A stretch of DNA of 13,218 nt from IMG/VR virus record IMGVR_UViG_2693429582_000029; one strand, given 5' to 3'. This DNA is from a virus (lineage: Duplodnaviria; Heunggongvirae; Uroviricota; Caudoviricetes). This document shows, one piece after another, positions 6,495 to 13,218 of this stretch. Position 1 is the stretch's first letter. Every line of letters begins with the position of its first letter. Under the pieces are notes generated by a model. That model searched no databases. It saw only the letters and a program-made list of their open reading frames with translations, and was not told where the DNA came from. The position numbers were made by a program, and so were the translations under genes.

Positions 6495-6543
6495 TGGAGA
6501 AACCAACCGACCTTGCAGGGTCGATATGATGAGGAGCAGCAAA

Positions 6544-6906
6544 ATGGCTAGCGAACGCAGTACCAACGTGCAGGAATTTATCGTAGAACTGGACGGCGGC
6601 GTATTTGAAACTAAACTCGGCGCAGTTCTCAGTGAAGTCGCTTCCGGTGTGATGAACACGAAAAACAAAGGTAAAGTCTCGGTCAATCTGGACATCGAAC
6701 CGTTTGATGAGAACCGTGTGAAAATCAAACACAAACTCTCATATGTTCGCCCGACTAACCGCGGGAAAATTTCTGAAGAAGACACCACCGAAACGCCGAT
6801 GTATGTCAATCGCGGTGGTCGCCTGACTATTCTGCAGGAAGACCAGGGACAGTTACTGACTCTTGCCGGTGAACCTGACGGAAAACTCCGTGCAGCAGGT
6901 CGTTAA
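6544..6906 (+). CDS. yfdP: YfdP-like prophage protein (120 aa), first gene of the early-left operon
   Basis: ATG at 6544 with RBS GAGGAG 7 nt upstream. The longer six-frame ORF (from a TTG at 6313) would run through the leader hairpins and is rejected. Symbol assigned by length and position relative to the yfdQ/yfdR-like genes, as in CPS-53, from memory. Confidence 0.65.
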   Translation: MASERSTNVQEFIVELDGGVFETKLGAVLSEVASGVMNTKNKGKVSVNLDIEPFDENRVKIKHKLSYVRPTNRGKISEEDTTETPMYVNRGGRLTILQEDQGQLLTLAGEPDGKLRAAGR

Positions 6907-6971
6907 TATCGTTTTTAATAAACTGATTATTTATCTCATCACTGAATATCTTTATATAGTGAGGACTTATT

Positions 6972-7796
6972 ATGTCTCAGAACTTAGACGCAACCGCAAT
7001 TAATCAAATCCATGCTCTTATTTCTGCTCAGGGTGTTAATGAAATTATCAGTAAGATTGGTGCCGATGCCGTGGCATTGCCTGAGAATTTCCGCATTCAT
7101 GATCTGGAAAAATTTAATTTAAATCGCTTCCGTTTCCGTGGTGCGCTTTCCACTGCCAGTATTGATGATTTTACCCGTTATTCTAAAGATCTTGCAGATG
7201 AAGGCACCCGCTGCTTTATCGATGCCGATAATATGCGAGCCGTCAGTGTGCTTAACCTGGGTACTATTGATGAACCAGGTCACGCAGATAACACCGCCAC
7301 TCTCAAACTGAAAAAGACAGCACCGTTCTCTGCCCTGTTGTCTGTTAACGGCGAGCGTAACTCCCAGAAGTCACTGGCAGAATGGATTGAAGACTGGGCC
7401 GACTACCTTGTGGGCTTTGATGCTAATGGTGACACCATTCAGGCAACAAAAGCGGCTGCGGCAGTCCGTAAAATAACGATTGAAGCAAACCAGACCGCTG
7501 ATTTTGAAGATAATGACTTCAGCGGCAAACGCTCCCTGATGGAATCTGTCGAAGCGAAGACCAAAGACATTATGCCAGTGGCATTTGAATTTAAATGCGT
7601 TCCGTTTGAAGGCCTGAAAGAACGTCCGTTTAAATTACGCCTCAGCATTATCACTGGCGATCGTCCTGTACTGGTTCTGCGCATTATTCAGCTGGAAGCA
7701 GTGCAGGAAGAAATGGCTAACGAATTTCGTGATCTGCTTGTTGAGAAATTCAAAGACAGCAAAGTAGAAACCTTTATTGGTACTTTTACCGCCTGA
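6972..7796 (+). CDS. yfdQ: YfdQ-like prophage protein (DUF2303-type), 274 aa
   Basis: Clean ATG at 6972 with GAGGA 7 nt upstream; uninterrupted 274-codon frame with non-biased composition. The length matches E. coli K-12 YfdQ as I recall it. Confidence 0.75.
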   Translation: MSQNLDATAINQIHALISAQGVNEIISKIGADAVALPENFRIHDLEKFNLNRFRFRGALSTASIDDFTRYSKDLADEGTRCFIDADNMRAVSVLNLGTIDEPGHADNTATLKLKKTAPFSALLSVNGERNSQKSLAEWIEDWADYLVGFDANGDTIQATKAAAAVRKITIEANQTADFEDNDFSGKRSLMESVEAKTKDIMPVAFEFKCVPFEGLKERPFKLRLSIITGDRPVLVLRIIQLEAVQEEMANEFRDLLVEKFKDSKVETFIGTFTA

Positions 7797-7808
7797 TTTC
7801 CTTACTGC

Positions 7809-7830
7809 AAATGCCCCTGCGGGGGCATTT
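7809..7830 (+). terminator. Candidate stem-loop terminator/attenuator between the yfdQ-like and yfdR-like genes
   Basis: AAATGCCCC / GGGGCATTT perfect 9 bp stem with loop TGCG, 13 nt after the yfdQ-like stop. The U-tract is short, so confidence is low. Confidence 0.35.
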
Positions 7831-7923
7831 ATGGAAACATAATTGACTCAATAATCGCCTGATGGCGAGGGTTTTCTTTAACCAAAATTCTGCGCGGTGC
7901 AGCGCATATACGTGGAGAACAAA

Positions 7924-8460
7924 ATGTCATTTATTAAAACTTTTTCCGGGAAGCATTTTTATTATGACAAGATAAATAAAGACGACATCGTGATTAACGA
8001 TATCGCGGTTTCCCTTTCAAATATCTGTCGCTTTGCAGGACATCTTTCACACTTCTACAGTGTCGCCCAGCATGCAGTGCTTTGCAGCCAACTGGTGCCG
8101 CAGGAATTTGCTTTTGAAGCGTTAATGCATGATGCAACAGAAACGTATTGCCAGGACATCCCCGCACCACTGAAACGACTTCTTCCTGACTATAAACGGA
8201 TGGAAGAAAAAATAGACGCCGTAATCCGTGAGAAATACGGGTTACCTCCTGTTATGAGCACGCCAGTGAAATATGCCGATCTCATTATGCTGGCAACCGA
8301 ACGCCGCGATCTCGGACTTGATGATGGCTCTTTCTGGCCTGTATTGGAAGGTATCCCGGCAACAGAGATGTTCAAAGTTATTCCACTGTCTCCAGGTCAT
8401 GCCTACGGGATGTTTATGGAACGTTTTAACGAGTTATCGGAGTTACGCAAATGCGCATGA
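7924..8460 (+). CDS. yfdR: HD-domain phosphohydrolase (YfdR-like 5'-nucleotidase family)
   Basis: 178 aa from the ATG at 7924 (RBS GGAGA); the track ORF starts at a GTG at 7897. Contains H...HD metal-binding motifs (SVAQHAV; LMHDATE) typical of HD-domain hydrolases. Length equals K-12 YfdR. Confidence 0.8.
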   Translation: MSFIKTFSGKHFYYDKINKDDIVINDIAVSLSNICRFAGHLSHFYSVAQHAVLCSQLVPQEFAFEALMHDATETYCQDIPAPLKRLLPDYKRMEEKIDAVIREKYGLPPVMSTPVKYADLIMLATERRDLGLDDGSFWPVLEGIPATEMFKVIPLSPGHAYGMFMERFNELSELRKCA

Positions 8461-8813
8461 ATGTTTTCGAAATGGAAGGGTTTCTTCGCGGGAAATGTGT
8501 ACCGCGAGATCTGAAAGTGAACGAAACAAATGCTGAGTACCTAGTACGTAAATTCGACGCGCTTGAAGCTAAATGTGCGGCACTGGAAAACAAAATAATA
8601 CCAGTGTCAGCTGAATTGCCACCTGCAAATGAAAGTGTTCTGTTATTTGATGCTAACGGAGAAGGCTGGCTGATTGGCTGGCGTTCTCTCTGGTACACCT
8701 GGGGACAAAAGGAAACCGGAGAATGGCAGTGGACATTTCAGGTCGGGGATCTTGAAAACGTCAATATCACTCACTGGGCAGTAATACCAAAGGCACCGGA
8801 GGCAGGGGCATAA
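8451..8813 (+). CDS. yfdS: YfdS-like prophage protein (120 aa)
   Basis: ATG at 8451 overlaps the end of the yfdR-like gene; an alternative ATG at 8457 forms an ATGA overlap. The stop overlaps the next start as TAATG. Confidence 0.65.
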   Translation: MRMNVFEMEGFLRGKCVPRDLKVNETNAEYLVRKFDALEAKCAALENKIIPVSAELPPANESVLLFDANGEGWLIGWRSLWYTWGQKETGEWQWTFQVGDLENVNITHWAVIPKAPEAGA

Positions 8814-9433
8814 TGACCACATTTACCGACAAAGAACTGATTAAAGAAATCAAAGAGCGCATAGGCAGTCTGGATGTGCGAGACAATATTGAGCGCCGTG
8901 CTTATGAAATTGCTTTGGTATCGCTGGAAGCAGAACCGGTGGCATGGCTGCATTCAGACAATGGCTTAGGTATTCCGGCAATAACACGGAGTAAAAACAT
9001 TGCTGACAGTTGGTTATCAAAGGGCTGGTATGTTCAGCCGCTATATATAGCCAAGCCAGTGCCGATGGTGCCAGATGTTCGTCCGTCTTTAAATAATGGC
9101 ATAGTCGGTTTTGATGAAGGCTGGAACGCCTGCCGCGCCGCCATGCTTCATGGTGCCGAACCTGTAAGCCAGACTTACAAGTTGAACGAGCTGTCGGGCA
9201 ACTCTCTGGTAACTCCGGATGGTTGGATAAGCTGTAGTGAGCGAATGCCGGACGATAAACAGTATGTTTGGTGTTGGGGTAAGTCTTACGGCTGGACTGA
9301 GTGCGATACCTTCGAAGGGTATTACGATTGGTCGAGAAACAAATGGTGGGCAGTTACTGACGATGGGGAAGAACCGGCATCGAAAGTAACCCACTGGATG
9401 CCGCTACCGGAGCCACCGCAGGAGGTGAAGTAA
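8813..9433 (+). CDS. DUF551-domain phage protein (YfdT-like)
   Basis: 206 aa; C-terminal WISCSERMPDD...THWMPLPEPP matches the DUF551 signature common in enterobacterial phages. TAATG overlaps at both ends. Confidence 0.7.
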   Translation: MTTFTDKELIKEIKERIGSLDVRDNIERRAYEIALVSLEAEPVAWLHSDNGLGIPAITRSKNIADSWLSKGWYVQPLYIAKPVPMVPDVRPSLNNGIVGFDEGWNACRAAMLHGAEPVSQTYKLNELSGNSLVTPDGWISCSERMPDDKQYVWCWGKSYGWTECDTFEGYYDWSRNKWWAVTDDGEEPASKVTHWMPLPEPPQEVK

Positions 9434-9627
9434 TGAACAACTTAATGACAACTAAACAAGTCGCCGACTTCTGTGGCGTTTCAGTATCGACCGTTCTTCG
9501 CTGGAACAGCGTAAACAGGAGAACTGGCCAGAAATACAGGCCAGACTTTCCAGATCCTGATATTAAATCATGCCCAAATAAATGGGCATCACGCAAGATT
9601 TACAAATTTGCGGGAGTTATTGAGTAA
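9433..9627 (+). CDS. Excisionase-like small HTH DNA-binding protein (Xis/AlpA/TorI class)
   Basis: 64 aa; TTKQVADFCGVSVSTVLRWN is the helix-turn-helix of excisionase-type proteins. GGAGG RBS 7 nt upstream. Last gene of the operon, facing the integrase. Confidence 0.6.
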   Translation: MNNLMTTKQVADFCGVSVSTVLRWNSVNRRTGQKYRPDFPDPDIKSCPNKWASRKIYKFAGVIE

Positions 9628-9734
9628 CGAGCATTAGCTCAGATGAGAGTTGGTACACCTATGGCACAGAGCTAAACCTGATCTGTTATATTCGCTCTGT
9701 GCCGGAAGTATGCCATATTTATTACATACAGTTG

Positions 9735-11867
9735 TCAATCTTTAAGACTAATTGTGATTGCATCTGGAAATCCAATTTGGCTATAGCACATAGTTTCGGT
9801 TATGAATAATTTTCTATCGATAAAATCAAGTACATCTTTTTTCGTGAGCCCCGTTAACATCGTCAATTTGTTAATTACATAATCATACCAATCATGGTGA
9901 AGCATGTTTATATACATGTTAATATCAACTGCATCTTTCCTCCATGAATTATTCGGTATCAAATCTTCAGATAAAAATCCTCTTATTAAATCGCTTGCAT
10001 AGGACATCCTAAGAAAAACAGAAAGAAAAATCCTTACATTAACATGTGTAAAATTTGTAGATAGCGTCGAAGGAAACTCGTAAAACCGGTAGATCAACCG
10101 ACTTACAAACACAGCAGAGTCTATCGCATTTACTGGCAGTAATGTTCCGATGACACTTAATGCACCACTTATAACGAAGCCATTAGCAACAGAGGCATGA
10201 GAACCGCTTAGGGCAGATGTTAAACATGCACTCAGAATTACGATAGGAGGAATTCTTGCTATTTTTCTCAAACTCCAAGTGTCCACTTTATCCTCACCTA
10301 TTATTAACCATCCATGACTCCCATTGCCATCATGGTTTCCATGACAATCCATAACAAGAATATGACCTTGATATTGATTTAGAGCATCAATAAACTCAGC
10401 TTTCGATCTAACATCAATAATCTCGCAATCAAGATCTGGCATCTGTTTTTTAAATATCTCAATTGCGTTCTCTAATATGAACTTTAAGTGATCATCAGGC
10501 TCAAAAGAACGTATAACTAAAACCTTTCTCAACTCAGATGCTTTTACTAAAACGCGCGGAAAAGCAGAGGCGCTCTGTAGAAGAACGTTACCAGGCGTAG
10601 CATTTATTCTTGATATCTCATGACTGAACATTATAGGTATGTTATTAAACCTAATCCAATCCAATGGTACATCACAAACAAAGGACAAATCGCTATAGTT
10701 TTTACTTATATATGTTCTCAACTTGCAACCAAGGGCTCTTCGAATAACAGTATTGAATGCTTTAGATTTAGTGATGAATGCTTCACTATTTATCCCAGAA
10801 GAAGTTGCAAGATCTTCAAGATTTTTCAAATAATTGGAGTAATGATTTATTGCATTTGGCAATCTTATTGCTGGGATTTTTTTATTTATGCTAAATAAAG
10901 TAATCGCAGCTGTTGTTAATCGCATTTCAGCGCGTCTTAGTGAGGTGAGGTAACGGAAAGCAGGACTTTTAAAAAGTTCTTTTCTATCTGAATTTATATC
11001 AAGTCTAATTCCAGAATAGCCAGGATTCCTCAACACTCCATCAATAAGGAATTTTTTCTCAATTGTGGATAAATTTTCCGTTATTAACTCATAAAAGTCA
11101 TTATTTTTATCATATAAAAAAGAGTGCATACCCGGAGCAAAAAGTAAGACTTCCGTTGGAAGTGGTATATCTAATTCCTTTAAACATTCGGTGTATGCAT
11201 CAACGCTATGAAGTATTATTTCTATAAACTCTCTTTTGCTACTACCATCTTTAATTCTTTTTGGTGGAGATAGCATATAGCCAAGTGATTCAATTAACAA
11301 CTCATTGGGTAGTGTTGAATTGTTAAGCGTCGATCTCCAAGGTGATTTATTAAATAAAGCCCCTCTTCGCTTCAACTTCGTTGATATTTTCTTTTCACTG
11401 TGATTTTTTCTTATTTTATCCTCAATGAATTTCAACCGAGAGAAGAGCACCTTATCAAATGAGTATATACTATTAATCTTATTAAGTGGTTGATCAGCGC
11501 GTTTAGAATTGCAACAAATTATAGGTGGTATAGCAAAATGTTTTTTTAAAGCACAAACATACGAAAAATCTTCTTTAGCACAAAAAATTAAGCAAAATGG
11601 CGTTTGATAAATATTTGGTATTTTTTCAAGATTTTCTTTAGATATTAAAAAAATAGGATTTAGCCCGCTTAGAGTAGGCTGAAAGTTATCATTTTCATTG
11701 ACAAAAATCTCACTAATTTCTTTTGGTGTTTTGGCCAATAAAAAAAGAATGTTGGATATCTCTGGGTTGAGGAGGCCAGTATCGAAACCTTGGATTATGG
11801 TTTGTTCCCCAGTAGTAGGCATGATTACAACTTTAAGTATCGCCCCGTGTTCCTGTAACAGTTCCAT
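9735..11867 (-). CDS. Large (~710 aa) protein with a C-terminal caspase-like CHAT protease domain and an uncharacterised ~430 aa N-terminal region; candidate defence/abortive-infection effector
   Basis: Uninterrupted 2.1 kb frame in very AT-rich DNA. First ATG at 11867 with an AGGA RBS; the six-frame ORF extends to a TTG at 11924. Caspase/CHAT catalytic signature: HILVMDCHGNHDGNGSHG (His codons at 10341-10343 and 10314-10316) followed about 30 residues later by PPIVILSACLTSA (Cys codon 10224-10226). Confidence 0.85.
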   Translation of the reverse strand: MELLQEHGAILKVVIMPTTGEQTIIQGFDTGLLNPEISNILFLLAKTPKEISEIFVNENDNFQPTLSGLNPIFLISKENLEKIPNIYQTPFCLIFCAKEDFSYVCALKKHFAIPPIICCNSKRADQPLNKINSIYSFDKVLFSRLKFIEDKIRKNHSEKKISTKLKRRGALFNKSPWRSTLNNSTLPNELLIESLGYMLSPPKRIKDGSSKREFIEIILHSVDAYTECLKELDIPLPTEVLLFAPGMHSFLYDKNNDFYELITENLSTIEKKFLIDGVLRNPGYSGIRLDINSDRKELFKSPAFRYLTSLRRAEMRLTTAAITLFSINKKIPAIRLPNAINHYSNYLKNLEDLATSSGINSEAFITKSKAFNTVIRRALGCKLRTYISKNYSDLSFVCDVPLDWIRFNNIPIMFSHEISRINATPGNVLLQSASAFPRVLVKASELRKVLVIRSFEPDDHLKFILENAIEIFKKQMPDLDCEIIDVRSKAEFIDALNQYQGHILVMDCHGNHDGNGSHGWLIIGEDKVDTWSLRKIARIPPIVILSACLTSALSGSHASVANGFVISGALSVIGTLLPVNAIDSAVFVSRLIYRFYEFPSTLSTNFTHVNVRIFLSVFLRMSYASDLIRGFLSEDLIPNNSWRKDAVDINMYINMLHHDWYDYVINKLTMLTGLTKKDVLDFIDRKLFITETMCYSQIGFPDAITISLKD

Positions 11868-11950
11868 CAAAAATCCTAATAAACAAATAAAAATGTTATA
11901 ATCAAAAACTGCAAGGATTAGCAAGCAATTCTTACAGTTTTAAGAAGGGG

Positions 11951-11976
11951 ATTATACCGCAATATGCATAATTGCG
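11951..11976 (-). promoter_or_regulatory. Candidate regulated promoter for the CHAT gene: perfect -10 TATAAT abutted by a palindrome
   Basis: Minus-strand TATAAT at 11956..11951, ~85 nt upstream of the ATG. Immediately upstream lies CGCAAT-N7-ATTGCG (11958-11976), where a -35 element would be expected. The nearest -35-like TTGCAT (11990..11985) is 28 nt away, too far for a standard sigma70 spacer. Confidence 0.35.
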
Positions 11977-12000
11977 TTCTGCCTATGCAAAATGTCAGTT

Positions 12001-13218
12001 CTAGTCTGAACAAGTACAAGTAACTATCGATTCAACCCTCTCCCACCACGCCTGGTAAGCTTTACGCTGTTCTTCTAAATAATCGCTCTTGTCATAAACC
12101 TGCCATACCCCTGGCAGTTTATGACCGAGCATTATTTCTGCAATATGAGGCGCAGTAAGATCAGAAAAGTTTGTTCGTGCTGTTCGTCTCAAATCATGAA
12201 GAGACCAATGAGGGAATTGATACCCCAAACGCCGCCATGCGTACTGCATTAAATTGTAAGGCAGCGACTGCAATGATGTCCGTCCAACGGGCTCCCTGCT
12301 TCCTTCCTTAGTAAAAAGCATATCGGAACCATTGTTCATAGAGATAACGTACTTTATAAGCTCTTCAACCGGTTCAATAATGGGGCGCTTTAGCGGTTCG
12401 CCTGTTATATCCCCTGTCTTATGTCGTTCTGGCGGTACAGTCCATACCTTATTTATGAAATCAAAATCATCCACCCTAGCAGTAATTAGCTCCGAACTAC
12501 GGCAACCAAAATGCAGTAATAGTTTAATGAAGGCCCGGTATTTGGGAACCATTCTAGAGCCATCGATCGCAGCATAAAGAATTTTAATTTCATCGTGTGT
12601 CAGAAACCGTTTCTTCTGACCTTTACGGATATCCATATCTTTACCCGTGATATCCGACAGCGGGCGAGTTTCAATAAGCTTTCTCTTATACGCCCAGACA
12701 TGGGCCTGCTTTGCGTTAATTAGCAATCGGTCTGCTATTGCTGGAGTCTTAGTGCTAAGAGGCTCCAAGACTTCTAACCAATCATGCAATGTAGCTGCAT
12801 CGTGAGGGATATTCCCGATTTTAGAGAACAGGTGCAGCTCAAACGAGCGGAGTATCTGTTCAGAACCCTTTTTATTTTTTACACAATATGCTTCATACCA
12901 GGCACGGATCACAGACTCTACCGTCATGGCTTCAGTAGCTTTTCGTTTTTCAGCCTGCTTGACCAATCGTGGATTACGGTTTGACTCGAGTTCACCACGG
13001 AGACGGATAACTTCTTCTCTGGCCTCTTTTAATCCAGTTGCCGGGTAAGTTCCGATATCAAGACGCTCACCTTTCCCTGCCCATTGATAACGATATTGGA
13101 ACACTACGCGACCTTTCGGTGATACTCTGACAGACAGACCATCACGATCGGATTTAACCAAAACCTTATCACGTTCCTTTCCAACGACTGAACGCAACCA
13201 CGCATCAGACAGCGCCAT
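12001..13218 (-). CDS. int: P4-type tyrosine site-specific integrase
   Basis: 405 aa, with the ATG exactly at the window's last three bases. N-terminal arm-binding region (MALSDAWLRSVVGKERDKVLVKSDRDGLSVRVSPKGRVVFQYRYQW); C-terminal catalytic motifs HDLRRTARTNF (H-x-x-R) and LGHKLPGVWQVYDKSDY (catalytic Tyr). Confidence 0.9.
   Translation of the reverse strand: MALSDAWLRSVVGKERDKVLVKSDRDGLSVRVSPKGRVVFQYRYQWAGKGERLDIGTYPATGLKEAREEVIRLRGELESNRNPRLVKQAEKRKATEAMTVESVIRAWYEAYCVKNKKGSEQILRSFELHLFSKIGNIPHDAATLHDWLEVLEPLSTKTPAIADRLLINAKQAHVWAYKRKLIETRPLSDITGKDMDIRKGQKKRFLTHDEIKILYAAIDGSRMVPKYRAFIKLLLHFGCRSSELITARVDDFDFINKVWTVPPERHKTGDITGEPLKRPIIEPVEELIKYVISMNNGSDMLFTKEGSREPVGRTSLQSLPYNLMQYAWRRLGYQFPHWSLHDLRRTARTNFSDLTAPHIAEIMLGHKLPGVWQVYDKSDYLEEQRKAYQAWWERVESIVTCTCSD

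Noticed and set aside
6277-6906. Minus-strand ORFs (151 and 122 aa) and the TTG-extended plus-strand ORF starting at 6313
   Set aside because: The minus ORFs are antisense to the yfdP-like gene. The plus extension depends on a TTG start and would translate through the terminator-like hairpins; the ATG at 6544 with a GAGGAG RBS is the credible start.
7439-7684. Minus-strand 81 aa ORF within the yfdQ-like gene
   Set aside because: Antisense to a 274-codon gene with a clean start and RBS; Arg/Ser-rich translation.
10620-10898. Plus-strand 92 aa ORF inside the CHAT gene, and 11698-11901 (67 aa)
   Set aside because: Antisense to the long CHAT ORF; in AT-rich DNA such short open frames arise by chance. 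No RBS or motif.
1-13218. Possible tRNA gene or attachment site near the integrase
   Set aside because: The integrase start is the last base of the window, so any att core or tRNA would lie beyond 13218; no tRNA-like sequence was seen inside the window.
1-13218. CRISPR array or other regularly spaced long repeats
   Set aside because: The only direct repeats found are the short iterons inside the replication gene; there is no repeat-spacer periodicity anywhere.

Overview
This window reads as the immunity and early region plus the integrase-proximal end of a lambdoid prophage of an enterobacterium, apparently related to the E. coli CPS-53/KpLE1 family (assigned from memory of protein lengths and motifs, not from a search). 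From left to right: (1) the end of an IS629-like IS3-family element (1-126) that has truncated a KilA-N-like gene; (2) a minus-strand early-right operon running cro-like -> CII-position regulator -> Rha-domain protein -> small ORF -> HTH replication initiator (with internal iterons that look like an origin) -> YfdN-like -> phage Dam methyltransferase -> LexA-like winged-helix protein -> RusA, almost every junction being an ATGA/TAATG-type overlap; (3) a divergent operator/promoter region with exact palindromes; (4) a plus-strand CI-type S24 repressor with a terminator; (5) a ~650 bp non-coding, hairpin-rich leader; (6) a plus-strand early-left operon of YfdP/YfdQ/YfdR(HD-domain)/YfdS/DUF551/excisionase-like genes; (7) a strongly AT-rich single-gene cargo between xis and int encoding a ~710 aa protein whose C-terminal part has a caspase-like CHAT protease signature; (8) a P4-type tyrosine integrase starting exactly at the right window edge. 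The CHAT gene is the best candidate for an undescribed accessory (probably anti-phage) system. No tRNA, rRNA or CRISPR array was seen. All calls rest on reading the translations and sequence by eye.
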